Assembly: GCA_030264375.1 (NCBI GenBank)
Contig: JASCQW010000168.1
Span: forward strand, 24,229,822 to 24,293,821
DNA from: Carcharhinus longimanus
Lineage: Eukaryota
Direction of reading: 5' to 3'
DNA: 64,000 bases
This document shows positions 1-13,344 of the stretch, one piece after another. The position numbers were made by a program, and so were the translations under genes. Within the stretch, counting starts at the first letter, position 1; every line of letters begins with the position of its first letter. The notes under the pieces are model-generated. The model saw only the letters and a list, made by a program, of their open reading frames with translations, did not search any database and was not told the DNA's origin.

Positions 1-477
1 CTAATTGAAATTCTTACTCCTTATATATATTTTAAGTGCAGAGGCTGTATTTTCTGCCCAATCATTGAGGATGGAGGTGGGACACAACATTACAACCATT
101 CACACTATTTTCCTATCCCACTGCAGTGAATGGAGATTTGGCTGGGCACCAAATTCACCACGCCTCTGCTGCAGCGTGAATGGCCAGTAAGCTAACATCT
201 TTCCAATATTGCTGTGGTAGATAAGCAGAGGCTTGTGAATAACTCAATTAAATAGAAGATTGTAAACAGCAAGGTTCAGAACATCAAAGGACGGTTATGT
301 GTGAAGGCAAATAGTTTGATGTGGATATGAGCAGAAACAAGATGGTACACCTGTGGGAAACTGAAATGGAAGTTTATATTGAGAAGACTGAATTTCATCC
401 CATAAATATTGGACTTCAACTACGAGTTTTTAAAAGAACGGGCACACAAGCCACTGGCTAAATTGCCTCCGGGCATG

Positions 478-575
478 CTCGTCTGAAAACGTCCAATTTT
501 GTAAGCCAAGCAGACCCAGGCCTGTTTAGTGCTTGGATGGGAGACCACCTGGGAATACAAAGGTGCAGGGCTTTT
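478..575 (+). pseudogene. 5S rRNA pseudogene (3' two-thirds)
   Basis: GTAAGCCAAGCAGACCCAGGCCTGTTTAGTGCTTGGATGGGAGACCACCTGGGAATAC...GGCTTTT aligns to vertebrate 5S rRNA (box A-like, box C TGGATGGGAGACC, T-run terminator). The 5' part is diverged. Confidence 0.85.
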
Positions 576-576
576 A

Positions 577-737
577 GAGTGACACAGTGGCAAACGCTGC
601 TGCCTCACAACACCAGAGACCCAGGTTCAATCCCTGCTTGTTGTGTGGGTTTCCTCTGGGTTCTCTAGTTTCCTCCCAAAGATGTGGGGGTTAGGTTGAT
701 TGGCCATGCTAAATTGCCCGCTGGTGTCCGGGGCGGG
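577..737 (+). mobile_element. tRNA-derived HE1/V-SINE-like element, truncated by gap
   Basis: tRNA-like head (GGTTCAATCCC B-box) plus V-domain GGTTTCCTC..GGTTAGGTTGATTGGCCATGCTAAATTGCCC. Confidence 0.8.
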
Positions 738-961
738 NNNNNNNNNNNNNNNNNNNNNNNNNNNNNNNNNNNNNNNNNNNNNNNNNNNNNNNNNNNNNNN
801 NNNNNNNNNNNNNNNNNNNNNNNNNNNNNNNNNNNNNNNNNNNNNNNNNNNNNNNNNNNNNNNNNNNNNNNNNNNNNNNNNNNNNNNNNNNNNNNNNNNN
901 NNNNNNNNNNNNNNNNNNNNNNNNNNNNNNNNNNNNNNNNNNNNNNNNNNNNNNNNNNNNN

Positions 962-1092
962 TTAAGGGTTATGGGGAGAGGGCCGGAAAGTGGAATTGAG
1001 CCACGACAGATCAGCCATGATCTTATTGAATGGCGGGGGAGGCTCGAAGGGCCAGATGGCCTACTCCTGCTCCTATTTCTTATGTTCTTATG
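962..1092 (+). mobile_element. CR1-type LINE 3' end
   Basis: GATCAGCCATGATCTTATTGAATGGCGG...CCTACTCCTGCTCCTATTTCTTATGTTCTTATG tail, also seen at 39204-39275. Confidence 0.75.
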
Positions 1093-1682
1093 TACCACTG
1101 CAATTAGCTATTTTACAGGTATATTGCAACTTCTTTCTCACTGTGGAAGTCAGCCAAGACTGCAGCTAAAAGAATGGATAAGTTTCTGTACTAAAGTACC
1201 GTAGACTGGAATCACAAAACCGAGTAATCACCTGCTGACGTCCACTCTATTGGAACTTCAAATTGCAATGCTGAAATATCTACGCCTCTGAGTCAAGGTT
1301 GGTTCCATATGACTTTCTAAAATATTTACTTTGAACACAATTCTTCATTCTAATGTGTTCAAATGTATATGTATGCATTTTACTATCTTCTTGCTTTGTG
1401 ATTAATGAACTCTATCTTTAACTCAAGAAAGTCTGATTGCACTGACTTCTTGAAAACATAACTGTTTAGTCTGGAAAAAAAATTGCAAAAAAATTCCTTT
1501 TACATTAAATCCTGTGACCAGAGGAGGTGAAATAAAATCAGCACATGACAAATTCCCCTCCTCTCTACCTTCCTGAACTAATATTCACATATCCCAAAAA
1601 AGCTCACCTCACTGAAACAATCAATCACTGGGATTTCACTGATCTGTGACCCAAATAAAAACAAAATAAGACCCAACCTCTA

Positions 1683-3720
1683 AGATAGTAGTATTCAGGA
1701 GCAGCAGGCCATTCAGCCCTTCAAGTCTGCTTGGCCATTAAACACCATCATCCTTGTCTATTAAAAATCTGTCTAATTCAATCTTGAATTGAATGGCCCA
1801 GATTCCACTGCTTCCTGGGGAAGAGAATTCCACAGACTGATGACCCTCAAAACATTTCTCCCCACTTTTGCTTTGAAAGGGAGACCTCTTATTCCTGAAT
1901 TAGAGTGTAGCATGGATAAAGGATTGCACAGCCAACAGTAAGCATAGGGATAAATCAGTTTGGAAAGCTGTAATGTCACAGGGATCAGTACTGGGGCCTC
2001 CACTATTTACAGTCTATCACTGGACATTGGTAACAGAACTAAATGTTGCTGATGACACCAAGATAAAAACAGAAACTAGAAGCTGGAGTAGATCACTTGG
2101 CCCTTTGAACCCTGCTCCGCTATTCATTTTGATCATGGCTGATCATCAAATTCAATATCCTGACCCTCCCTTCCCCCCATATCACTTTAGTCCCAAGAGC
2201 TATATCTAATTTCTTCTGATATCAGACAATGCTTTGGCCTCAACTATATTCTGTGGTAGTGAATTCCAGAGTCACATAACATAAGAAATAGGAGCAGGAG
2301 CTCGAGCCCACCTCGCCACTCAACAAGACCATGGCTGATCTGTCGTGGCTCAGTTCCACATTCTCGCCCTCTCCCCATAACCCTTAATCCCCTCGCTTAT
2401 CAAAAANNNNNNNNNNNNNNNNNNNNNNNNNNNNNNNNNNNNNNNNNNNNNNNNNNNNNNNNNNNNNNNNNNNNNNNNNNNNNNNNNNNNNNNNNNNNNN
2501 NNNNNNATTTTAAACTGTTCCCAATCCTCAGGCCTATTGCTTTTTCTTGCAAATTTGTATGCTACTTCCTTGAATCTGATACTATGTCTAATTTCCCTCG
2601 TCAGCCATGGTTTCCCTTACCACTCTTGCTCCAGAACATGAACAAACAACTTCTGGAGTTCACTTATTAATTCTTTAAATGCCTGCCATTTCCTGTCCAC
2701 TGTCTTTTCTTTCAATAATGTTTCCCAGTCCATCATGGCTAATTCATGCATCATACCATCATAGTTCCCCTCAGATTCAGGACCCTGGTCTCAGAACCAA
2801 CTAACTTACTATCCACCTTGATAAAGAATTTTACCATATTATGGTTACTTGTCCCCAAGGGCTCAATTAGATTTCCAACTAATCCATTCTCATTGCACAA
2901 CACGCAATCCAAGATGGTCTGCTCTCTTGTTGGTTCCTCAAAGCATTGCTCCAGAAAACCATCATATGTGCGCTCCAAGATAGATAGGAAAGCAAGTTGT
3001 CAGGAGAAGGTAAAGGGCCTACAAAGAAATATAGATAAGTGACTGGGTAAAAAAAACTTGGCAGTTGGAGTATAATATGGGAAACTGTGAACTTGTCCAC
3101 TTTGTCAAGAAGAATACAAAAGCAGCATACTATATAAATAGAGAGATTGCAGAACTCTATGACAGAGGGATTTGGGTGTCCTGGTACATGAATCACAAAA
3201 AGTTAGTATGCAGGTATAGCAAGTGTTAGGAAGACTAATATGTTTCCTGAAGGAGAATCAAAGCGCAGCTGTTCAAGACCTTGGTGAGACCACATCTGAA
3301 ATAGTGCACCAAGTACAGTTTTGCTTCCTATCTTACATCTACAGGTTCCTCTTTATCCACCTAGCTTGCTACTTCCTCCAAAAGCCATAATAAATTAACC
3401 ATACTTTCCCTTTAACAAAACCACGTTGACACTGCCTAATCAAATTATTGATTAGTATCCTGCTATAACCACCATAACAATGGATTCTAGCAATTTCCCT
3501 ATGGCAGTTTGAGGCTAACTGGCCAATTTTGTTAATAAAATGTGTTACATTAGTCAGTTTCCAATCCACTGGGATCCTTGCAGAATCTAATGAATTTATT
3601 ATAATCAATCTGTAGTCACCTTTAAAAATTCAGGGATGCAGGCCATCAGATTCTGTGTGCCTTTAGGTCCAACAGCTTTTCCAGCATCCTTTTCTTGGAG
3701 ATTGGTGGGGATTGTATTAA
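1683..3720. mobile_element. Cluster of decayed CR1 LINE fragments in both orientations
   Basis: Translatable pieces QGSVLGP/ADDTK (RT), PTREQTILD..LGTSNHNMVKF (endonuclease, minus strand), PVDWKLTNV, and several CR1 3' tails. Confidence 0.75.
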
Positions 3721-4152
3721 GATCCTCCCTCCTGTTCACCTTTTGACATCAACATTTCTGAAGGCCAGGATTTTATGGCCCTGCCACAGCTCGTCTCTCT
3801 TTACCCTAGCCCACCCCTCCCCCCAATCTTTGATGCAAACACATTTGATAGTGTCCTACAAAATAATTTAATTCATGATTATAGTACTGCTCCTGTAGGA
3901 CAAGGACAATCTATACCACATAAGCATATGTGATAGCTACAAACTGCACACTGCCCCCACTCCAAATACTCTTCAACAAGCCAAGCCACACAATCATGCA
4001 GAGTGGCCTTCCCACACTGAGCATCACAGCCATTTGAAGCCAATCTTCTTGTCCTTGTATCTTCTGCTTGATCCATCTGACCACCACACTCCCCAACAAA
4101 CAACACCCTCAAAACACTTTTCCCACTCCAACAATGAGAACACCCGACTTAC

Positions 4153-4249
4153 CAGGTCCTGTGTGCTTCAGCTGGAAATTCTCATCTTTAAACTTTTCAC
4201 CATAGATGGACTTCCCACCAGTGCCATTATGCCTTGTGAAATCACCACC
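4153..4249 (-). CDS. PPIA: Cyclophilin exon 4 (97 nt)
   Basis: cag|[32 protein letters not shown](G)|gtaagt. Confidence 0.95.
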
Positions 4250-6247
4250 CTGAACAAATGAAAGTTGAACAGGTCTTAATTACTTACTCAAATAGAAGAG
4301 ATATTCCCAACTAGATACAAAATAACATTGCTCTTTTACCTGGCACATGAATTGGGGAATGATTCTATGGAATGAAGAGCCCTTGTAACCAAATCCCTTC
4401 TCACCAGTGCATAATGCACGGAAATTTTCTGCAACAGAATCATTCAGAGTAAGAACACCTTTAAACAACAGAATTTCCTTAGCTCAGCAGAGTTAGTTTC
4501 TGGGACTTACCTGCAGTTTTTGGGACGACATCAGCTTTGAGCTGAAAAGAAAAGCAGTGTACAATTTCAGTAAATCCATCATGGACAATAACAAAAATAC
4601 CACAGTTTTACAAATGCAATCATTTTTCAAACATTACCTCAATGATAATTACAGAAGAACAAGCTTCATACAGAGTAATAGTATAAATAGAAGATAAAAG
4701 ACTGCTGATTGTGGGATTATTTTACTGGATCACTGATTAATAAACCAAACAGGGATTTTTCAATTTTCCATTGTAGAGAAATCCCAAAACACTCAGGCTT
4801 CCATGCAAATACCCTCAGTCTGTGGTGTGTGTTACACAGTTTGTTACATATTTAAGTGATTGCATGATCACTAGTAGCCAGTTACATGATTTAACAGCAA
4901 TATCATTGGAGTGATTCACAAGCTCCTGCCATGGTTTCATTTTCTATTCTGTTCAGGAACAGCTCCAATAATACAACTGTTATTTTGAATCGACTTGTGC
5001 AAACCACATCTTTTTTCTTTAAAACCCACGACCCATAGTGAGGACATTACAAAGTTCCTCAGAGTTGCTATAACCACATACACTTTTGTATCTATGTTGT
5101 AGGCTAGATCTATAGATATTGATGTTAGAGCCTTCACTATTCTCCCTGTCATGTGTCTCACCAGCTCCTCCCACTTGCTACAGACCTCTGCAGGAAGGAT
5201 TTACAAGATAAGGTCACATTATGAACACACCTTCCTTGGCCATCAAGTCCGGGGCGGATCAAAATCAATAGCTTCTGACTCAAAAGCAGGTACACTACTC
5301 ACTGCACCACAAGGCATCAACTGACAGTATAGGAACTCCATATTTCATAAATAGTGCACCACTATCCAATGTAAATCAATAATATCATTAGTTTTCAATT
5401 GCCAGGTGATTATTCAGCCAACTGTGCCAGGCACAGCAGCAGACAAGCAGGTTTCGCCACATCCATTCACGTCCCGACTGCATCCCCGCCCCGCCAGTGG
5501 GTGTCACCTGGAGCAGGAATGTTCTGAGACAAACACGTATTACAGAGTTTGTAAAGTACGTTAATCTTCCTTTTTTAAGATGGACACTAAGTCATAAAGA
5601 TGGCCGCTGAAAGCCACCAGTTTTTTCTCTGCAATGTGCTTGAGATTCCAGAAAGCTCGAAGCGGATTTCAGGCAGAAAAGACTGTTGGGAATAAAAAAA
5701 GGCAGCACCAATGCTGTTTGTCCGCTTTCACAGTCNNNNNNNNNNNNNNNNNNNGGGTGCCCCCGGTGTTTCAGGTCCCCCCCCCCCCCCCCCCAAGATA
5801 ACCTCAGCTGGAGAAATTAAGACATCTAGGAAGCACTTGGCAAATAAACGCTATTTCTTTTCCCACCTCCCTATTTTGAAAAGATTGATTTTATCATCTG
5901 GGAATGAAATTTGAAAGACAATGGGCCGCATTGTCCATGGAGCGAACTTCTCTCAGTTCACATGTCTGACCTGCTGAGTGTTTCCAGTTTTAATTTTTGA
6001 AACATGTTCCCATCGCTGCTAGGATTTCACTAAAGGTTCCCCCCATCCACTCGCTACCAACCAGATCAGACCTCTTATCCTCGCGGGAGAAGGTTTCAGA
6101 TTAATCGGAACTCTCTTTGGCAGCACGTCTTGTGCGAGACAGGAATGAGCAAGGTCCAGGAACCCGACTCACCTCCATCACGATCCGACCCAGGGACTCA
6201 CCGCCCGCAGAAATATCCATGAAAACGCGGGGATTACCAGCAGCCAT
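4153..6247 (-). CDS. PPIA: Cyclophilin-type peptidyl-prolyl cis-trans isomerase, PPIA-like (exons 1-4; downstream exons not found in window)
   Basis: Four GT-AG exons splice to [97 protein letters not shown]. No AUG-initiated mitochondrial presequence. PPIA versus PPIF is inferred. Confidence 0.8.
4340..4428 (-). CDS. PPIA: Cyclophilin exon 3 (89 nt)
   Basis: [29 protein letters not shown] with the catalytic FHR motif; AG/GT boundaries. Confidence 0.96.
4511..4541 (-). CDS. PPIA: Cyclophilin exon 2 (31 nt)
   Basis: ttttcag|[10 protein letters not shown](E)|gtaagt. Confidence 0.95.
6173..6247 (-). CDS. PPIA: Cyclophilin coding exon 1 (75 nt)
   Basis: aggATGG start; [25 protein letters not shown]; donor GAG|gtgagt. 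Confidence 0.93.
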
Positions 6248-6319
6248 CCTGATTCCCTTATAACTCAGAGCGACTGTCTGTCTGCTTAGGGCGTGGGTCT
6301 CTCTGTAGCAATGCAGAAA

Positions 6320-6400
6320 GTATCCGCTTCCGCACAGGCAGAAACCAACCAACTACAAGCTACTCCCCCGCCTTTGCTAATACCATCCTGGATTGGTTCG
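6320..6400 (-). promoter_or_regulatory. Putative TATA-less housekeeping promoter of the cyclophilin gene
   Basis: ETS/GABP-like GCGGAAGCGG (6324-6333), GC box (6365-6372) and CCAATC (6391-6396) 80-150 nt upstream of the ATG. CpG-richer region; YY1-like AAGATGGCCGC in intron 1 (about 5597). Confidence 0.55.
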
Positions 6401-9234
6401 TTTAACTCGTGTTCCTTTTGTTTGCTCGTACTAACGTAATGGCCTACTTCATTTTAGAACTACAATTAAGCGATTTTTAAAAAATGTGCCAAATACATAA
6501 AGGTGACTTCACAAACCAGTGTGTGTAGAGAAAGGAAGTTTGCTTCCATTGCTATCTAAACAAGGAAATACAGTGGAAGGGAATTTAATTATTAGGACCA
6601 TTGTCGATCAAAAAGGATCTACTCAGAACTGTAAATCATTGCCTAAACACTACGAGTAATGTACTGTGGCATTTAAAAAGTATTTCATAGAATGTCAGCA
6701 TCCCTGGCAAGGCCAGGATTTTTATTGTCCATCAGTCATTGCTCTTGAGAAAATGATGGTTAGCCATCTTCTCATACTGCTGCAGTTTCTGCTGTGTAGG
6801 TACTGTTGAGAACCATGCTGATATTAACCTGTGAAAGTGTCTCAAAACCCCAAAGGATAACTTGAAACAATGGTTCTTAGTCGTGTATATTTGTTTGGAA
6901 TGTGAGGAACAATGAACTACAGAGTGAGGAACCAGTCCAGCCATTGTATAAACAATCAATAAAGAGTATTTATTAAAGTAAAGTAAATGAAAAACAAATA
7001 GCAAGAAAGACTAATGTAAACTATGACACTTTGATATATTAGTAACGAAACACACCATTTTATCTGAAATTATCTCTTCCCAAAATATACCCATGTTCAT
7101 AGAATTATGGAATCACAGAAGAGACTCTTTGGCCCATTGCATCTGCACCAACACACATGAAACACCCGATATCCCACCTACTTACGCTTGGCCCATAGCC
7201 TTGAACGTTTCGACATGGCAAGTGCTCATCCAGGTTACTTTTTAAAGAACGTTCTCTGAACTCACAGAGACAGCCCTTTTCCTCAAACAGTATCTAATTT
7301 AGTAACTCTAAGAGTCAAATCCAACTAATAGCACACAACACAGCTTAGATGACCATGTCTGGGAAGTGTCTTTTCCTGGTTCAGCGAAGGCATAAAACTG
7401 CGTCTTTTCGATGAGAACATCTGTAATATGCTGTGAGTCTCAATGTTAGATGGAACAGGCCTCTCTGACAGTCGGATGGAAAAGTAGCCTGCTTCCCCAG
7501 TGTGGATGATAGCAGTTATGTTGTTCCACTTCTTTGGCATTCTACCCTAGCCAAAAGATGGCTGAGAATGTAAATTCTGGGAATATAAATTCAGTCACTG
7601 AATTGCTCCTGTGTGGTTGGTAACAAATCCTGAGAAACAATGGAATATCCCACCCTTTCTCCTGTTTGTGGATTTTTGCCTTCCAAGAATACATGGGAAA
7701 CTGGGATAAAATGTCAACTGCAAAACTTCATCAGCATGGACTAATGCTGGGTGTGTTGGAGTGTAACACAGAAGTAAGGAAAGACAGCAGCCATCACTCT
7801 TGCTCTGACAGGTGGAATAAAAGTTTTGCTCTCTTTCTGATTCCTGAAAAAAGCCAAGTCGTAAAGCAACAATTGAAATAGAAGCAGGGCAATTCTTCTC
7901 AGTTGAACTGAGTAACCCTGGAATTTCAAAAGCAGCTATTCAACTGCTGAATTCAGCACTACTGCATTCACCAATCTCAAATGGCTGCAACATTTCACCA
8001 TCTATTGTTCATGGACAAGTCAAAGACTGATTCATATATTGTTTTAAACTTATTTTTGGAATCAATTCACATTTCTAATCTGTGTGATTGTATTCAAATG
8101 GATCACATGTAGTAGATAATAAATACACACTTTAATTCAAGAAAGCCAAGTTAAATTGACTTCTTTTATACTACAAAATTGGGACTGGGAATATATATCT
8201 GCAAGGAAAGAGATCCTTTTCAAAGTAATCTTCTTGCAATCAACCCAACAGTATTGAATGAGGAAACAATGACAGTTCAACCCTTCTCATGCAGTGCACA
8301 ACAATTCGGGGGGGAGGGTGTATTCCATCCAGAATCTAATAAATGGAGAACTCATGGTGAGAGAGTTCCAACAGAGGGGATGAAAATTAACAAATTTGAG
8401 GACTTCACCTCGGAAGTGATCATCACAATAGCTCCCAAGACAGAGTGGAAGTCAGCCTGTACCAAGATCTGTGTGGCTCAGTCTTCCCATATTCTGTCAT
8501 TTCCTCTAGATCTACAAGCCCCTGAAAATTCTTTGAACTGTGAGCCTCTTACACATCACCACTCGCTCCATCCTTGGTGGCAGTGCCTTTACTCATTAAG
8601 TAAACTAAGTGTGACTAAGCTCTGGAATACTCTGCCTAAACCTCCTCGTTCTGAATCTCAGTTCCTTAATTCTGCTTCTCTACATCCTACTTCTTTGACT
8701 TTGCATGTTGTAACCTGTTTTGCTATCTGCCTCATTGGTTTGATATTCAGTGTTGCCTGAACAAATGTTTCTGAAGTGCCTTGGTTTTCCTATGTTTGCC
8801 TGGCTGGTTTCCCATATTATACCCTCAGTAAATGTGAGCTCACCTCAGACTCTGCTGCTTGTGTCTTAACTCACAGCAATCCCTGTTCATTAATGTGCCC
8901 TGTGTTTGCTGACTTACATTGCCTCCCAGTCAAGCAACAATTCGATTAAAAATTCTCATTTTTATTTTCAGATCCCACCGTGGCCTCATGCCAGACTGGA
9001 AGGGTTGCTTTCTGCTGTGGATGTGTCCATCCCTTGTTAAGCTGTTGCATTTAAANNNNNNNNNNNNNNNNNNNNNNNNNNNNNNNNNNNNNNNNNNNNN
9101 NNNNNNNNNNNNNNNNNNNNNNNNNNNNNNNNNNNNNNNNNNNNNNNNNNNNNNNTCATTAGATTGGTTCCACTGGTCGGCGCAACATTGAGGGCCGAAG
9201 GGCCTGTACTGCACTGTAATGTTCTATGTTCTGT

Positions 9235-11990
9235 AAAAGGTACATCAGTGATCCTAGTGATTTACAGACAGCAGTTGGCATGACTTCTATTCATCACTGT
9301 ATGAGGCAAGGACATAAGCATTATAGAGAGAGATTTGTTTCAACGCATCAGACTGAACTAGCTAGAGATCTTTAGGCTAGGCATGGGGGGAACTGTATGA
9401 AGACATCAATAAGGCAGGGCATGGAGAGATTGTATGAGGACATCAAAATGTACCCTGAAGTCTTCAAAGAAGGACTTGGAAAAATAAAAGGAGCCAATGT
9501 TAAGATTTACGACGACCCTGATGCTACACCTAAGCATTTTAAAATGAGACCAGTTCCATACTCCCATTGGAAAAGGTAGAATCAGAACTAGAATGCCTGG
9601 AAAAGGTGGGCATCATAAGACCCATATAGTTCACCGAGTGGGTTGCACTTATTGCTCATGCCCTTAAGCTGGATAATTGGTCTGACTTTGTGGAGACTCT
9701 ATGCTTACAGTCAATAGGGTTTCTAAGCTTGACAGATACTCCCTACCGTGGATCAAAGACTTGTGCACCTGGCTAACTGGGGACCAAACATTTTCAAAGT
9801 TGGACATGAGCCATGTGCATCTCCAATTTGAAGTGGATGAGCCTTCCTGAAAGTACATAACAATTAATATGCAGAAAAACCTATATGAACATTCGCCTGC
9901 CCTTTGGCTTTCATTTGCATGTGTCATTTTTCCACAGGTCAGGGAGAACAAACTCCAGTGGTCACCTCAATGTCTTGGTCACAGGAACTTGGGAATGTGA
10001 ACACCGAGTGAACCTGGAAGAGGTTTTATGGCGATTTGCATTTGTACACCTGAAAAGGGAAATGTGTGTCTTCCAAGAAAGTGTTGTGATATATTTGGAT
10101 TATTGGGCAGATGGCAAGGACCTTCATCCGGTGGAAGACAAGGTGAGGACATTAAGGAGGCACCAATTCCAAAGAACCCAAAGGAATTGAAATCCTTCCT
10201 GGGATTACTGAATTATTATGGGAAGTTCATCACTAATTTAGCTTCTTTGCTGGTCCGCTTGTATCAAATGTGATCTTGGGAGGTGCTGCAGCTAGAGGCT
10301 TTCAACAGAGATAAACAGCAATTTTTGTCCTCTAATTTATTGACATATTTTGACTCCAAAAATGACCTTAGCTTGACATGTAATGCCACCACTTACAGGT
10401 TCAGTTAGTAATGGCACATTGCTGGAGAGATGAGACAGAGAAACTTATTGCATACACCTTGAGGGCCCTCTTGGACACTGAGTGGAGGTATTCCCAGATT
10501 CAGAAATGCCTTTGGCGATAAAAAGTTCCATCAATATTTCTATGGTAGATGCTTTTTCATAGTAACTGATCATAAACCACAGCTGAGACTTTTTAAAGAA
10601 GAGAAGGCAATACCCCTCATTTCCTCTGCCCAGATACAATGCTGGGCCTTGTAATGGGTACCTCCTAGAGCACTGCTGCGGGACCTGGATAGCTAATGCC
10701 AATGCACTCAATCATCTGCTGTTACCCAGAGGTTCAGCTTCACCACCAGCAGTGGGTCATGATGACCCACAATCTTTTGGACACCTCACTTGCATCTGCA
10801 AGGCAAATCAAGGACTGGATACAAAAAGAAGCAGCCCTGCCAATATTAAGAAACATAATATTGTTTGGGGAATTCAGAGGACTCAGATGAAATGAAAAAC
10901 TGCAAGATGAAGAAAGGCAAGCTGAGTGTTGAGGATGGCATCATCCTCTGGGTTTCCTGCATAGTGAACACCCACCCAGGGCAATGTTTGATACTTATGG
11001 AATTACACCAGAGCCACCTTGGGATTTCAAAGATTAAAATGCTAGCCAGGAGCTACATATGGTGGCCTGGCCTTGATGCAGACATTACTGACTTGGTTAG
11101 GCAGCATGAGCCATGCCAAGAGAATCAAAAACTCCCCTGCTTCAGCCTCCCTATATCGATGGGAGTGACCTGGTATGCCCTGGGTGCGAGTGCACGTAGA
11201 CTTCGCCAGGCCTTGTTTGGGATCCATGTTCCTGATTATGGTTGACATGCATTCCAAATGGTTGGAGATGTATCACGAGTTCCACCCCCTTCCCATGCTA
11301 CCATTGAGAAACAAAGTTGCTGCATGCATGGGATAGCTTAAGTCCTGCTCTCTGGCAGTGGTACTGCCTTTGCTAGCACCACATTTCAGATCTTCATGCT
11401 TTCCAATGGACTAAACACATTAGGACAACATATTGTCATCAAATGGATTGGATGACCGAGAGGGTTCAGACTTTTAAGCTCCATAGCGACCAAACTGGCA
11501 TGATTTTCATTTGACTACAGGAATATCCCTCACACAATGACAGGAATTGCCCCAGCAGAATTATTAATCGGGTGGAGGCTTCAAACACGATTAAGCTTAC
11601 TTTTCCCAAACCTGGTGGGGAGAGTGGAATCCCAACAAAAACACCAGAAGCAGAACCATGCTTCTGTAAGGACAGACAGAACATTCAAAATTGGTAACCC
11701 AGTTCATGTGACTGGGTCCAAATAACTTTGGGGATGGCCTCAGCTGGGTCCCCAGAATCATAAAGGAGAAAACGGGACCTGTGTCTTCTAGGGTCCAAAT
11801 GCAGGAAAACCTTGTCATCTGAACCATCTCAAAAATAGGGAGTCCATGTCAGTGCAAGCCTCATTGCCAGGCATGCGGACGATAACAGCTAATATCGAGT
11901 CTTGTATGTAAGTCAACCCCATGCCTGCCCCTCTGGGTGATGAGGGCATGGATTCCAAAATGGAAGCAGAAGAGACTGGCACCCCTACCA
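9235..11990 (+). mobile_element. Decayed Ty3/Gypsy LTR retrotransposon pol (RT-RNaseH-integrase)
   Basis: Frameshifted peptides YPEVFKEGLGKIKG..RPVPY, FSKLDMSH, LKSFLGLLNYYGKF, TDHKP, KMLARSYIWWPGLDADI, TGIAPAELL. Confidence 0.9.
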
Positions 11991-11992
11991 AA

Positions 11993-12080
11993 GTAAGAAG
12001 TCTCACAACACCAGGTTAAAGTCCAACAAGTTTATTTGATAGTAAAGCCACAAGCTTTCGGGGTTTGCCCCTTCGTCAAT
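11993..12080 (-). mobile_element. Penelope-type terminal fragment with degenerate hammerhead motif
   Basis: Minus strand TTGACGAAGGGGCAAACCCCGAAAGCTTGTG..AATAAAC..TTGGACTTTAACCTGGTGTTGTGAGACTTCTTAC; same family at 51188, 55955 and 57315. Confidence 0.6.
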
Positions 12081-12084
12081 CTGA

Positions 12085-13330
12085 GCAACATATGAATGCT
12101 GATACTTTGATTAGTAATAGCAAGCTTGGCAAACAAAAACCTGAAGAAAATTTTACTAACATCATATATTTCTCACAGGTGAATAGTGTAACTGTGACTT
12201 CATCTCAAGTTCAGAGACACCCAAGAACCAATCCAGAGTTGGGGAAGGTTATGAATCTGGTTCTATATGGAACAATGACAGAGGTACATTATAAAAATCT
12301 AGACTTAAAACTCTACATCACAAGAAAACTTGAGTTAACAGTGCAGAGTTTTATTGTGAGGAATTTGAGTGCCTATTCCTCCATTGTTGCATGGAAGAAT
12401 CCTTGAATATCTACATGAGAGACATCCAGGTATGGTGAGAATGAAGGAACTAGCACATCATTACTTTTGGTAGCCAGGATTAAATGCACAAATCATGGAG
12501 AAAGTGGGGTAATGTCAAACCTGTGCAAAACTAAGCAACACCTCAACGTTACAAACTTTACATCCATGGGAATGGCCAAAACAAGCATGAAGGAGAGTAC
12601 ACATAGACTAGTCCAATTGAGGGACACATGTTCCCAGTAATTGTAGATGAACAATCTGAATGCCTGGAAGTATGATCATGAAATCAACAACAGCAGAATG
12701 GAATATTGAGAAGCTGGACAAAATATTTGCAAGACCTGTTAGAACAGAGCAGGTCGTAAGTGACAATGGAAAACAGTTCACTTTCAATGAGTTCAAACAC
12801 TACTTGAAAGGGATTGGTATACAGCATATCAAGTCAGCTCTATACAATCCATTAACAAATGGATTAGCATCGTAGCATTATAGGACCAAGGTACTTCATC
12901 AAGATGAGTTTTTCAAAAGAAAGTTAAGGCCATTTGCTGATCTTTTACTGATACTTAAGAGATTGTTGAATGATAACAAAAGCACAGATTGCTAGGAAGG
13001 AACAAACTCTAATAGAACATTCATGAGGGAGAATGAGTACTAGCAAGAAGCTACAATACCAAGGAAAAATGGGTACCTGTCATTATTGTAGTAAAAACAG
13101 ATCCAATATCTTACATTATACAGATGGACGATGAGAGTTTTGTGACGTCATACTGACCAGATCCAAGCCTCATGAAGTGAAATCACTGAAACTTCACCAA
13201 AGCTACTTACTTCAGAAATGTTGGATAATGATACCTCTGAACAGAGACTAACTACAGAAACAAATTCTGATTCTGATTCTGAAGAACTTTCAACACCAAT
13301 GGAAACTGACACAGAAATAGTTTCATAAGT
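12085..13330 (+). mobile_element. Second decayed Gypsy element (integrase region)
   Basis: LHE.HPGMVRMKELA, LHPWEWP, QVVSDNGKQF..F..YLKGIGIQHIKSALYNPLTNGLA integrase motifs with stops. Confidence 0.85.
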
Positions 13331-13344
13331 TAATCCCAGTTGCC

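Noticed and set aside
1-4152. Cyclophilin exons 5-6 (SMANAGPNTNGSQFF...)
   Set aside because: Not found by eye; presumably left of the window or in N-gaps, so not evidence of pseudogenisation.
8179-8760. 193-aa plus-strand ORF
   Set aside because: TTG start, no recognisable domain, and it runs into an L2 3' fragment (KLWNTLPK).
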